From NCBI GenBank assembly GCA_023205875.1, contig CP060756.1, positions 248,001-312,000 on the forward strand: a stretch of 64,000 nucleotides of DNA, given 5' to 3'. Below the pieces are notes generated by a model. The model did not search any database. It was not told where the DNA came from and saw only the letters and a list, made by a program, of their open reading frames with translations. Both the position numbers and the translations under genes were made by a program. The stretch's first letter is position 1. The number at the start of each line of letters is the position of its first letter. This DNA is from Chloropicon primus (taxonomy: Eukaryota). This document shows positions 42,501 to 54,000 of this stretch, piece after piece.

Positions 42501-44554
42501 TTGTGGACAGCACCTTTGATGATTTCAACCGCAGCGTGGAACGAGGACAATTTGTCTTCCAAGGCGTCGCGCTGCGCAGCCAGGGTTGAGGCCCGCGCTT
42601 CACTCTGCTCCCTTGTCCTCTCGCTCTCCTTCACCAAGCCCTTCAGTGCCTCAACTTCCCCCTGCGCTTGGACCATGTTCACCTCGAGGCACTCGGAGGC
42701 GTCCTTCAAATCCTTGAACTTCTGGAAGTGGTCGCCCGCAGACTTGTTCAAGGCCTCGAGATACCCGATGATCTTTCCGCTCCTGCTTGCATCGTCGGAA
42801 GCCAGCAGAGTTGCAGACTCGCTCTGCTCGAAATGGCTGATGCACTCGGCCAACTGACATTCCACGCTGGCGTGAAAGGCGTCCATGGACGCCACCTTCT
42901 CTTTGTGCTGGCGGATAGCGCTGCTGAACAGAGAGCAGAGCTTGGACAGCTCTTTCTCCTTCTTCTCGAGTCTCTGCTCCAAGTCTGTGTATAAGAGGCC
43001 CACGTTCGAGTTCATTGTTTCGATGTGGACTGGCAGAAGAGAAGCGAAAGCCTCCCCCTTGCGGGTAAGCTCGTCTACCTTGCTGCCCAGCTCGCGAGCT
43101 TGTGACTTTGATTCCGCGAGCTCGCCTTCGAGTCTCTGGTTCTCTTGTTCAAGCCTCTCGAATTCTTGCCCTCTCGCTTCGTACTTCGTGTTCAAGTCCG
43201 CCAGAGACGCCCTGAGCTCTTGAACCCTGTAGCACTTTGCAGAGGATTCGTTGGCAGCTTGCTCGAGCTCCTGGCTGACCCTTTCCTTGCTCTGCACGGC
43301 CGCCGCAAAGTGCTGTCTGAGGGCCTCGCTCTCCCTTTCAGCTTCCTCCTTCGCTTCTGCTATCTCGGAAGCGTGCGCTGCCTGGTCCACCACTTTGCTT
43401 GAAAGGACCTGGATCTCCTCCTCGGCTTTCTCGAGGGCGTTCTCCGTCATGCTTTTCTTCCTCTGCGCGGCTCGCAGAATCGTCTGCATTTGCTCCAGCT
43501 TGGCATGGTTCTCCTTGCCCGCCTCTCTCAGACCCTTGATCTCCTCGCTCATGGCCGCCTTTTCGGACGCCAGGGCCTTCTGCTTCGCTTCCAAACCTTG
43601 GACACGCGATTGCAGCTGGTCCTTGGCCTGGTCGAGCTCTTTTATCGTGCGCTTGTAAGAGTCGCTCTTTGACTTTTGGGTCGTCACAACGTTCCTCAGC
43701 TTCAGCTCCGCGCTCTTCATGCCCCTCAACTCCGTCTGGAAGTCCTCAGCTTTCGCCTGGAAAGCTTGCTTCTCGGCCAGCACCTTCTTTGCTTCCTCGC
43801 CCAGGCTCTTTTTGGAAGACTCCAAGCCCCGCAAGCGCTTGATGATCTTCATCACCATGACCTGGGTGGACAACTCCTTCGCGTCCTTGGACCTGAACGC
43901 GCAGTGGTAAATTCTGTCTAGTGCCGTGCGCGCCTCCAGCAGCTCGTTCTGCAGGTACTTGTTCTCGCTGCCGATCCTCTGCACGTAGTCGTGACGGTCC
44001 ATGATGTCTTGCTTCGTGTCAGACTCTATCTTCTCCAACAAGGATACCGCAGCGTCGACTTTGCTCAGGGTTCCGCTCTGCATGTCGGTGAGGATGTCGC
44101 GCGTGTTCGTGATGGCGCTCTCGCAAGTTAGCTGCACCCTGGCCACAATGTCTGCCGCCTCCGCGACCGAGTCCCTGCTGGAGCTTTGGGTCGCTGGCGT
44201 CAGAGAGTTTGGGTCACGAAGCCTGCCCGTCAAAGAGATTTTGCTGTCCTCCTCGACCCACATTTGAACGTACTTGGACTTGTTTCCGTAGTGCGGGTTC
44301 CTCGGGGCACCCTCCTCGCGGTCTCCCTCCCCTCCTCTCCCTCTCCCCCCCTCCTCGGGGCGCACCTCCTTCTTCAAAAGCAGCTTGGGTGTCTCTGCCC
44401 CAGCATCCACTGGCCCGCTTTGCAGGTGCACCATGGAAGCAAGGCTCTCTCTCTCGGTCTCCCCCTCGTAGGCCGTCTCAAAGGCGTCCCCGGTGCTGCT
44501 CTCCACCACCAAAGGGGACGACAACGAACCCTCCGTAGTGCTCATGATGCTCAT
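39503..44554 (-). CDS. Very long coiled-coil protein of unknown function (1683 aa)
   Basis: Uninterrupted ORF, E/K/L/Q/S-rich heptads throughout, no catalytic motif seen. Confidence 0.85.
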   Translation of the reverse strand: MSIMSTTEGSLSSPLVVESSTGDAFETAYEGETERESLASMVHLQSGPVDAGAETPKLLLKKEVRPEEGGRGRGGEGDREEGAPRNPHYGNKSKYVQMWVEEDSKISLTGRLRDPNSLTPATQSSSRDSVAEAADIVARVQLTCESAITNTRDILTDMQSGTLSKVDAAVSLLEKIESDTKQDIMDRHDYVQRIGSENKYLQNELLEARTALDRIYHCAFRSKDAKELSTQVMVMKIIKRLRGLESSKKSLGEEAKKVLAEKQAFQAKAEDFQTELRGMKSAELKLRNVVTTQKSKSDSYKRTIKELDQAKDQLQSRVQGLEAKQKALASEKAAMSEEIKGLREAGKENHAKLEQMQTILRAAQRKKSMTENALEKAEEEIQVLSSKVVDQAAHASEIAEAKEEAERESEALRQHFAAAVQSKERVSQELEQAANESSAKCYRVQELRASLADLNTKYEARGQEFERLEQENQRLEGELAESKSQARELGSKVDELTRKGEAFASLLPVHIETMNSNVGLLYTDLEQRLEKKEKELSKLCSLFSSAIRQHKEKVASMDAFHASVECQLAECISHFEQSESATLLASDDASRSGKIIGYLEALNKSAGDHFQKFKDLKDASECLEVNMVQAQGEVEALKGLVKESERTREQSEARASTLAAQRDALEDKLSSFHAAVEIIKGAVHKRSCESFELSQDEGGVKGMCDAELLIALKLLLEDFKKIGWDKDCIQQDLDIKEECIARLQYKVASFSSALDKNTKKMESYSQLSESLSKDFQTKQKVLIDFNEQLHSKLERKEALLVELKDRLDAVTHVTREQAEKLEEAGQSADVQLYKISSSFRCLDDVESNILESFESLKESLDAKEMQLDSLTEDVKSQSSICCDLERDYVSLRDSLERARCEGEAWKTKYQSMKKMVRAYLPKLRLKLKESKFTKLRASALRKRNVRLSQQVRSLKGLKVRSLQQVREKIVKNVKSGLMAKQASKSSALAGRLWRLTFASTKKIDEMESLLNSALKEKSETLGRLGLVEEENSLLKTSIGKQSEMLSHLHELENFLQRSKETIRGLQVSNEEKEAMVERLSDSNRVIQDEKAKTLEKLRLLEGQLLKTQEELVVTQNQCAVTAKEHMRLIEKYSKLQGASKALQDDARTAQEALELERATYSGQLEQNSSMKDELLAKEHRLRELRSALSSVCSERDKAEATLQQQCSVTGEAPLPSMRRQDCVVAAAATQTTHEQQTSQSVALQTEGESLSTQNDGLEAQAEILLLQTEVGNLKGALRRAEATNFKKRQGLASMQTKVNDLEGEVQAKENSLAQLQGILDNALEALAESTQDMMEISLETTSERQGRESVSTSAHQLKAVEGVIGTWRNACQKRDSEIGHLRAKVEAFASQICELEKESEGKAERRTSLLQLKLKEAHLELKSFAQDLEKHKRKLAKVYSSNQKSLRVINKALSEQKSSAPRDDLEEASKDVSDLLGALAAEVKAAKRKQAKSKSSAQENSEIALALHMESVALKESLKSKEARIKELKAEVSSLEERGASLESKQAAIDSCESRLTEARCDLSQANSKIEKQGRELKELNKMLKAWEAMRICKDSQINALLDKCKLYEDQVSEKSRALGALRQKIAARAIRKAPKTPQAVKPKDAVLCSHDANVAKSEQSLLGKSTTTLANSLEKENSLTSN

Positions 44555-44969
44555 GGTCTCCTCCCTTGGACCACGCTCCCCCCTATCTGTCCTTTTGTCA
44601 ATTCAAAGGAAAAATTTCCCTTTCCATGGGATGCGCGAACCCAACGACATTTTTTAAGATTACGACGATAACGGCCTGAGGCAAGGGAGGGGAGGCAAGG
44701 GAGGCCCTGGGGTGGACCAGACCACGCCTCCTCACGAGCTTTGGACTCGCTTGGAGCATTTTTTCGAGACTTTGCGATCCGGTGGTTGTGGGGCAAGACT
44801 GGATTGCGGTGTGGGCGCGCGACCGCCACGAGTGGTGGGGTGGAAAGAGGGCGAAAGGAACAAGCAGTGTGCTCTCTCTCTCTCTTGCACACAGCAATTA
44901 TATTAAATGGGAAAACCAAAACAAAAAACTTCTCTCTCTCAAATGGTCAAAAACATTGTGGGAAGCCTC

Positions 44970-46580
44970 TCAGCAGGCCTCCCCGCAAGCGCCCTTGCAG
45001 CACTCAAAATCGTCCAGAAACATGTTCATCTGGCGGCACCTCTGGATGGTATCGTCAGTGTAGAAGCCAAGCCCGCGAGCGATGACCTCAGCGACAACGC
45101 CAAAGCGCTGGCGGAACTTGTACACGAAGCAAAACACGTGCTTGTCGTGCCGAACGGCTGGACCCGACAGGAAGAGCCCAGGAGTCTTGGTGCTCTCGTC
45201 GTACTCGTTGAGGAGGGGGCAGCCCGCCATGCACCCCGATCCCTCCTCGCCCCACTCAAAGAGGTCCTTCGCCGGGCCCAGGGCGACGGATCCCCCGAAG
45301 CCCGTGCAGAGCAGCGGCGGATGAGGCGTGCGCAGCGCCACCTCGGTGCCCACCTCGCCAACCTCTTCCTCGTAGTCCTCGTGGATCGGGGTCCTGTGCT
45401 CGCCGCCGGATTTCTCGGCGGGTGCCCCCCACCGGGCGCGGACGACGTATCCCTCGCTCCCCTTCTTCTCCACTTTGAAGACGCGGAGCGGGCCGAGGAG
45501 GCGCGGGGGCTTGGAGGAGGCCGCGAAAGCCCGGCGGACTCGCTCCATGGTGTAGGGGGAGAGCTCCGTCGAGGGATCATCCGTCGTCACGCTCCAGTAC
45601 GGCGTGGAGGAAACGGCTGTGCAGCGCTTCCCAGACGACGCGAGGTTGAACACGGCGTCCATGCCGCTCTCGTAGCCCCCGATGACGACGAAGTCGTCCC
45701 CCGGCAGCTTCTTCCAGCTCCGGACGCTCGAGTTGTGGCGGCACAGCTCGGAGCCTGGGAACATCTGGTCGTCTCCCTGGGGATACTGGAACTCGCCCGC
45801 GGCCCAGACCACGTAGCGGCTGCGCAGCTTGGTGGTCTCACCGACGTCCTCGCCGGCGACTTCCACGGTGAAACCGCCTCTGCGGATGCTCTTGATGCTC
45901 TTCACCTCGGTGCGGAACTGGATGTTCAGGTCGTTGGCGTTCACCAGCTCCTCGAGGTAGTGGGCGTACTCCTGGCCCGAGGGGTGCTCGGAGTGCAGGG
46001 TGTAGGCCGGCGAGGTGCCGAACGCGACGGAGTTGAGGTCGAACGAGTCCGTCCACCCTTGGGTGTTTATCGAGGGCGAGATGAACCGCATCTCGCTCGG
46101 CCAGCGGCGGAAGGACTCCCCCACCCTCTCCCCGCGCTCGACGATCAGGACGCGCTTGCTGTCGAGGTCGAACACCTTGGTCAGCATGAGGCCCATCCCG
46201 ACCCCTGAGGCTCCGCACCCCACGACGATGACGTCGTAGGGGTGCTCGTGGTTCGGTGGCGGCCGAGGAAGGTCCTCCTCCTCGAAGATGGAAACCAGCT
46301 CGCTCACGGCCTCGGAGGCCTCCTCGTTCTCCTCGTCCAGCTCCAGGGCCATCTCGAACATGTCCAGGGGCTTCTGGAAGTCCATCTTGTTCGGGTTCTC
46401 CCTCTTCTCGTCCTTCACCTGGTCCATCAAGGGCTTCATGGCCTTCCTCCCGATGCTCACGAAGGCGCTCGCCAGCTCGCTCGTCCTCTTCTTCAGGGTC
46501 TCCGCCTCCTCCATCAGCGCCTCCACGCTCGCCTTGGACGACGACGACGAAGGCCTCTTCCTCCCCTTCGCCTCAGCCAT
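44970..46580 (-). CDS. NAD(P)/FAD-dependent oxidoreductase of bacterial type with a Cys-rich tail
   Basis: YDVIVVGCGASG, GESFRRWP.EMRFISPS, EHPSGQEYAHYL, AAGEFQYP, IGGYESG, FCFVYKFRQRF and C-terminal DDFECCKGACGEAC. Confidence 0.85.
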   Translation of the reverse strand: MAEAKGRKRPSSSSSKASVEALMEEAETLKKRTSELASAFVSIGRKAMKPLMDQVKDEKRENPNKMDFQKPLDMFEMALELDEENEEASEAVSELVSIFEEEDLPRPPPNHEHPYDVIVVGCGASGVGMGLMLTKVFDLDSKRVLIVERGERVGESFRRWPSEMRFISPSINTQGWTDSFDLNSVAFGTSPAYTLHSEHPSGQEYAHYLEELVNANDLNIQFRTEVKSIKSIRRGGFTVEVAGEDVGETTKLRSRYVVWAAGEFQYPQGDDQMFPGSELCRHNSSVRSWKKLPGDDFVVIGGYESGMDAVFNLASSGKRCTAVSSTPYWSVTTDDPSTELSPYTMERVRRAFAASSKPPRLLGPLRVFKVEKKGSEGYVVRARWGAPAEKSGGEHRTPIHEDYEEEVGEVGTEVALRTPHPPLLCTGFGGSVALGPAKDLFEWGEEGSGCMAGCPLLNEYDESTKTPGLFLSGPAVRHDKHVFCFVYKFRQRFGVVAEVIARGLGFYTDDTIQRCRQMNMFLDDFECCKGACGEAC

Positions 46581-47089
46581 CACGCACTTCACTTCAACTT
46601 CAACTTCAACTTCAATCCAATCCAATCCAATCCACAATCCACGAACCCACTCCGATGAGATGGGTCAAAGGGTAATGCTCACACCGTCCCTTCGTGTGCG
46701 TCCGTGCGTGCGTGCGTTTCTCTCCGATGTGCGATGATTTCCGATCAATGATTCGACCGTGGCGTACGCTCGCGTCGTCGTCGTCGTCGTCGTCGCTGTC
46801 CTCCTCATCGTTGTGGCTCCTCAAACTCAACTCGAGGCGATGTCGAGATCTGTCGAAAGGATCACGTGCTTGGCGGCGGTGCTCTCTCTCTCTCTCTCTT
46901 TCGCAAAGCTTCACGGCGAGGGACTGTGACGCAGCGAGCGAGTCGACGGGAGAAGGCATCCATTTCCGTTTCGTTCCGCTCCATTCTGCTCCGTTCCGTT
47001 CATCAGCGCAGCGCGTTCGAGCGAGCGACGACGACGAGGAAAAGATAACATCCCAATCCATCCCAATTACGATACGAGGAGGATTCGCG

Positions 47090-47398
47090 ATGGGGTACGA
47101 TAAGGGAGAGGTTGCTTCGTTGTTTTTTCAGATGCTTGCCAGCTGCTGCTGGACGAGTGGTGCCGCTTTGGCGGGGCCGGCGTCCACAGCGGATTGGCTC
47201 CAGTTCTTCGCGGCGGTGTCGTGGATCGTGGCCAACCTTGCGGCAGCTTACTCCATGGGCTTGTTTGGGTTCGGAGGGGGAGCGGCTCCCGACGCCCAGG
47301 GAGCGTCGATGACGTCCTCCATGCGCGGGCTTCTGAACTCCACCAAGTCGATCGAAGCGGTGGAGGCCAACGGGAAGGAGAAGGAGGCGGCCGTCTGA
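47090..47398 (+). CDS. Small two-TM membrane protein (102 aa), unknown function
   Basis: ATG ORF with GC3-rich codons and two related hydrophobic segments (FFQMLASCCW and WLQFFAAVSW). Confidence 0.55.
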   Translation: MGYDKGEVASLFFQMLASCCWTSGAALAGPASTADWLQFFAAVSWIVANLAAAYSMGLFGFGGGAAPDAQGASMTSSMRGLLNSTKSIEAVEANGKEKEAAV

Positions 47399-47618
47399 AT
47401 GTGATGAGCCCACCCCTACGGCGTGGTTTTTGGAAAAGAGCAAAGAGTTTTTTGAACGACAGAGTTTTTTGAACACGAGCGCACAAGCAAACGCGGGAAC
47501 AGTCCGGTGCAGTTGTCGTCGGACTGACTACTCACTACTACTAAGCATTTATTCACACTTGAATTCACAAGCAAGCATTCAAGCCAACGCACACTCGTGG
47601 CCGTGCTCTCTCTCTCTG

Positions 47619-47907
47619 GCCTGTCTCTGAGAGTCTGACCATTAGCTCCACGAGGCAAACCTGGAGAGGCAAACCTGGAGAGGCGACCCCCCTTCCCTTT
47701 CCTGCATTGCATTGCCCATGAACCCAATCTCCTCTCCTTCATCACCCTGGCTCCCTCTGATATGGCAAGCCGTGTCCAGTCCACAGAAAGTTTGCCTGTC
47801 TCTGAGAGTCTGGCCATTAGCTCCACGAGGCAAACCTGGAGAGGCAAACCTGGAGAGGCAAACCTGGAGAGGCGACCCCCTTCCCTTTCCTGCATTGCAT
47901 TGCCCAT
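47619..47907. repeat. ~100-bp direct duplication with a nested variable 14-bp unit
   Basis: Copies start at 47619 and 47794. GAGGCAAACCTGGA occurs twice in the first and three times in the second. Confidence 0.92.
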
Positions 47908-48086
47908 CCTCTCCCCTCTCTCTCTCAGGTGGTGTGAAACGATCTCTCCTCGAGCATCGAGGGTGACGAGGCGAAAAAAGGCAGAAGAGGAGGGGGGAAG
48001 AGGAAGAGGAGGGAGAAGGCGAAGGCCGGGAGGGAGCGCGCGCGAGCGAGAGACCTAGGGCCTAGGCTAGGGCCAGGGCAGGGAGG

Positions 48087-51000
48087 ATGGGTCGGGACTG
48101 GGAGAAGGGCTCGGACGGGCCGACCTCGGAGGAGTGCGTGAGCAGATACTTCTGCACAAAGTTTTCGAAATGGAGGGGCAAGTATCGGAGGATATTCTGC
48201 GTGACGAAGAACGGGAACATAGTGACGGTGGATACGGCGGATCTCAAGGTGACCAACTGCTGGAAGTTCTACGGCAAGAGCCCGGACGTCGGCGGAGTCT
48301 CCATTAGCGGGGACAAGTCCGAGAAGGACGTGCTGGCGCTAGGCATAACCAAAGACTTCAAGTCCAACCGGCCCAAGACCATCAAGTTCTCTTGCTCCCC
48401 GCGGTCCCAGCTTCTCACGGACATCCACGTCTGCGAGTACAACCTGGCTCTGGAGCAGGGCCAGGGGGCGGAGGTGCCCCTGTCCAGCATATCGTACTCG
48501 GCGCAAGCGTCTCTGTACGAGTCTGGGGTCTGGAACCCGGTTACCCTGATAGTCACCAAGTATGGGATACGGATAGAGAGCCTCACGGAGACGCAGGAGC
48601 AGAACTACACGCACATGAGCTCGAACGTGGCCCTGGTGTCTCTGCAGGACGGCAACGACGGCTCCGTGGGCGTGTTCGGCGTCCTCGCTGATGAGGGCAC
48701 CCCGGTCCGAATTCTTTCCACCCAGGAGAGGGACAGGGTCTTTGAGAAGATAAGCGCGTACGCGAAGGAGCTCGGGATGCACCTGAGCATGCAGAAGCAG
48801 AGCATGGACGCCGGAAGCTTTTACAACAAGTACATGGCGATGGAGGAGCAGAAGATAGTCTCGCCCACGATGGCCCCTATAGGGAGGTGGCACGTCACGC
48901 ACATCCAGCAGCAGGTCGGGTCGGTGGGAGCCCTGATCAACAACGTGGAGCTTGGGCAGTACTTGCTGGAGCTGACGCCCACGCACCTCATCGAGAGGAA
49001 CTTGGATTACACCATCCACAGAAGGTGGAGCATTGGCCAGCTGACTTGGATGTGCAGGTACAGCGAGGAGTCTCAGAGGCTCGCTTTGGGCTTCACGCAC
49101 GGCATGGCGGGGGTGGAGTACACCAGCCCGAGCAGGGACGCGATGTTGAGCGCGATCTTCGACACCATTGAGTGCGGGACCAGCAAGAGGGTGAGCATAT
49201 TTAACAAGAAGGTCTCGAGTGGAACGACTTTTCACTTTCCGGATAACAACTCAAAGGCGCTGGAGATCGACACGGAGAAGACGCTCATGTCGTGGCTCAC
49301 GCTCTGGGCGAAGAACAAGAGCAGCAGCTTCAAGTTCCACGAGAACCAGATCCAGCACCGGGTGCAAGACGTCCTGGCCTCGGCGAAGGACAAGGCCAAC
49401 CAGCTCATGGACAGCAGCTACAAGGACACGAGGACTCAAGGCTCTGCGGAGCCGATGTTCCAGGACTACATCTACTCCTTAATGGCTTCCACCCCGGAGG
49501 GATTTGGCTCGAGCAGCAAGTTGGACGAAGCAGTGCTCGTGACGCTCTTTGAGCAGCTGCCGCAATCTTGGACCCTGCCCCTCGACCCATCCGCCGAGTA
49601 CGGATTCATGAGACTCTTGAAGATCGTGGGGTGGATCAGCTGCAGCGAGTACGTGCTGAGGTACATCGCGGGCGAGGAGCACTGCTTCAAACGCATCTTT
49701 TCCGCTTTGGGTTCAGGCTCGGCCGGCCTCTCCATGGAAGCTGCCAGCACTTTGTCCCTCATCTTCTCCCCCCAGTCCACGGCGAAGATAACAGGAGAAA
49801 CAAATTTGCTCCAGGTCGCAAAGAGCAGGGCTTTCAAGGACCTGAAGCACCTCGACATTCTGATCAAACCTCTCCGCGGAAGCAAATCAGTGTCTCCACT
49901 CTCCCTAATGTATACCGTCAAGGTCTTTGGGCAGATGGTGTGCTTTCCTGGAAAATTGACGACCTCAAAGACTTTGAGCAAAACAATCATAGAGCATTTG
50001 GGGGGAATTGGCCGGCCGTTCTTCCAACTTTTTGGACACCCAGCAGAGTCGGTCCACCACTACGCTGCGTACATGATGGAGTCGGTCGCCGAGTCCGGGT
50101 CTTCGATTATGGAGCCAATAAGAAATGCCGCACTGCAGGAGGGCGCGTACTTGTCTCACTTGAAGACAGCAATCTTCTCCTCTGGGGAACCAAGTGAAAC
50201 GAGCAAGAGGCTCATTCAAATTTGGACCGAGGGCTACGGCCCAGCGATGGAGTTGATCAAGAGGGTATTTCCAAGAGGATTTTATTTCATTCTCCTGGGC
50301 AGATTGTCCAGGAAAGGCAAGTCGGCGGCTGCGGCCAACGCGAAGACCGCCGCGGCGAAAGAGCAGGCGGAGCCAAAGAGTGCCGAGGAAGACTCCGAGA
50401 AGCCTGCCGCGAAAGACGCCAAGGAGAAGCCAGCGGGTCCTTGGGACATGTTTTGGAGAGCCGTTGCATCAGATCACTCGAGCGCTGCTCTGATCTGGAA
50501 CGAGAGATGCAGGACTGAGCTCCAGGACGCCTTGGAGAGAGAAGAAAATTCACTCATCCTCGCAAATAACAAAGTGAAGGACACTGGCGGCTGCATCAGT
50601 TGGAACCACACGGAGTTTTTCGTGATCTACCCGTCTCTCGAGAAGGAGCTGTCCATTGCTGGGATCTACATCAGGCTGCTGCTGGACTCCTACGAAAAGA
50701 GCGGCGTCCTGGAGAGGCTGCCAAATTCCAAAGACGTGTTCCTTTCGTTGTACGGCCAGTTTCTGGGCCTGTCTGACCTGGACATCGGTTACAGCAGTGA
50801 AAGGGAAACGAGAGAATTGTGCCTGAAAGCCATGATTTGCATTTACAAGCAGTATGGAGGGGAGATAGGCCCATTTGATGGCGTTGCGCATTGTACATTA
50901 CTTCTCGACAAGACAAAGTCGAACACGTACCGTCATTTCCTGTTGCAACTCCTTGAGGCTTTACTGGTCAAGGAAAACATCACTTCGCTTCAGCCGCAGC

Positions 51001-54000
51001 AAAGGAAGATATGGGAGTTTGCTGTCCGCTCTAACGCCAAGGTGTTCATTCTTAACAAGGGTGTTGAGCTCTGCTTGGAGATGGCGACAAGCGTCCACAA
51101 CTACGTCTCCGATTTTGGCATGCCCACCAAGTCCAAGTTGCTCGCGTATGATTCGCACACGAATGAAGTGAAAGACTGGCACTGTGACATCGAGGAGACG
51201 ATCGAGAATTACAAGGTCGAAAAGATGGAGAACGGCTTGTACGGAGGATACAGCAGGGACAACATCCTGAAGTTGTACAAGGAGAGGAAAATTGACCACA
51301 AGACTCTGTGCTGGGCTCCAGGAATGATCGAGCCCCTTCCCCTGTATCAAATCCGTGAGTTGAGGTGGAAGTTGTGTGAGGGCAAGAGTGTATTGAATGC
51401 GGCCGAGTCCGCAACGATTGCTCTGCGCGTCATTCGGGCCCTTTCAAGCCTCCACGCTGCGTACGACGCTGATGGAAATGCTCTGCATCCGCTGCCTCTC
51501 GTGCACAGGCAGCTGTCCGAGAGCTCCAACTTCCCCCATGTTGTCCAGTTGCTACTTGCAAAGTCTCCTGATCTCGTGGCAGACGCAGCCACGCTTTTGA
51601 AGACGATACTGGAGCACAACGACGAGAGGATAAAGTGCCTTTTCCTCTCTGGTGCCTTCTTCTTCATCCTGTCTTATCCTGGCTCCAACTTTGTGCAGCT
51701 CGCTGAACTTCTCGGGGTTTCGCATCAAAGGCAGGCGTTCCACAACGCAGACGATGCGGGGACGAAGACCAGGATCGCAGAAAAGTCGTTCCTGGGGTCA
51801 ATTCTACCCGAGAGCCTGCTGCACATCCTGGATCACTATGGCGCAGAAGTCTTTGCGAAGGCCTTTGTGTCAGAAAACGACACGCCCGAGCTTGTTTGGA
51901 CGCACGAGATGAGAACCAAATATTTGCTTCCTCAGATCCACCAGCACGTTGGGGACTTCAACATGAAGCTGAAGCAGCACTCACACGCGCTGTACGACTA
52001 CAACCCCATGCCCCCCGTCGAGTACCCAGAGCTTGAGGGGGATGTTTGGTGCTACAGGTATTATCTTGCCAACCTTTGCAATGAAGACAAGTTTCCGAAC
52101 TGGGATATCAAGGAGCACGTCGAGTTTCTCCAGGCCTTGCTCAGCAAATGGCGAAACGAGTTGCTTCTCACGCCCGTCAGTATCTCTTACGAGGATGCGT
52201 GCAAAATACTTGAGCTGGAGAAATTTGGTTGGGAAGAAGGCTCCGTTGTGGACGAAGCTATTCTGAAGAAAGCGTACAGGAAGCTTGCCATTTTGTACCA
52301 CCCAGATAAAAACCCTGAGGGGCGCGACCACTTCCAGAAGATTCACAAGGCGTACGACTTTTTGAGGTCACCAGATAGCTCCAACAGTGGTCCAAGGAGG
52401 TGGGTGATCCTGCTGATCCTGAAAGCGCAATGCATCATCTTCAGGCGCTACCCGAAAATACTTGCACCTTTCAAGTACGCGGGATATCCACTTGTCTTGG
52501 AAGCAATCACCATCGATGATTCGGATCACCGCTTCCTTGCAGACGAGAGAGCACCCACGCTCGAAATCGCCACAAAACTTTGCTGGCTCACGTGTGTGTG
52601 CTGCACATTGAATGGAGAAGAGTTGTTCCGATCGGACGGGCTTGAGATCCTGGCGAACCTCCTCGCTCGTATTTCGCCCATGCTTCCAAAGGAGGCGTCC
52701 ACTGATTTTACTGGAAGCAGAATAATGACGTACTGCATCAGGACTCTGGCTGGGCTCGGTGCGTTCAAGAATGCGAGGGCTGCTTTCCACACCAAGCCTA
52801 TCCTTGTTTTCGACGTCATGAAGGCGATCAAGTACGAGAACTGCCCCTCCATTGCCGAGGCTTCGATCCATTGCATATCTCAGATGGCAGGGTCCGAAGA
52901 GCTGCAAGACCTGATGCTCAGGCTTGGAGTGCTTTGGTACTTGATCCCAATGCTGTTTGAGTACGACGTTAGCATGGAGGACAATTTCATCGAGGTGGAG
53001 ATAAACTCGGAGGGAAAGCTCTCGTTCCTGGACCAGTTCATTGCTTCGGATGTGGAGTGCACAAACATGCAGTACGCGAAGAACAAGCTGGCGATCTTGG
53101 CAGCCCATGCGATATCAAGGCTGGGTGGACTGCTGGGAGGACATCTGGAGACACCAAGGAACAAGCAGGTCGTTGCCCTCCTGAGCGCTCTCTTCACTCC
53201 CCAGATTGCGGCGGGATTCACGGAAACAAACCCTAGTGAATTGCTGAAGGACCTGAACACCAATGTGGAGAACCCATGCAAGATTTGGAACGACAAGATG
53301 AGGAAAGAGTTGCTCACCCACACCAAAGAGCAATTGGAGATTCCAGCGGGAATCGAAGACCTTCCGTACGCCATCGGTGACCTCTCCTTGGCCGAGAAGT
53401 TCAAGTTCAAGGCCCTTGAGAACGAGCTCGTGATTGGAAGGATTTACGTGAGACTGTACAACATCAACCCCACTTTCCCTCTCAAGGACCACAGCTACTT
53501 TATGCAATGCCTTGCTGTGTACATTGGCAACAACTCGAAATACATGTACAGTACCGACTTGTCCAATCCTTTGGAAAAGAGGAGTTGCGAGCACCTGCTC
53601 AGTGCGTTGAAGGCTGCCCTGAATGTGGTGAACACGATCCCAAAGCTGGCCGTGGTTTATGCGGATCCACGCTGTATGGACATGATCCTCACTTGCATCG
53701 AGCCAAAGGAAGTGGACCTCGCGTCCTCTCCGTACTACGAGCCAGCTCGCCACGTAGCGCTCACCCTTTTGGTGCATCTGACCACCAACAAACCGTGCGT
53801 CGATGCTTTGTCTAATGACAAAACTCTTGTCAAGCTGTACCTGATGCTCAACCAACCACCTTCCAAGAACTGCTTGGTGCTGGTTCTCGATGTTTTGCAG
53901 GGTTTGGCCAAAACACCCGTGGCATCCTGGTCTGCTGCAACCCAGGCGGGCGGCATCTACCTCTTGTCGTTGGTTCTTCCTCAGGGCGACGACTTTGTGG

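Noticed and set aside
44900..44975. Cys-TGA at the end of the flavoprotein as selenocysteine readthrough
   Set aside because: I could not see a SECIS-like AUGA...AA...GA hairpin downstream, and the tail ends naturally in a Cys cluster.
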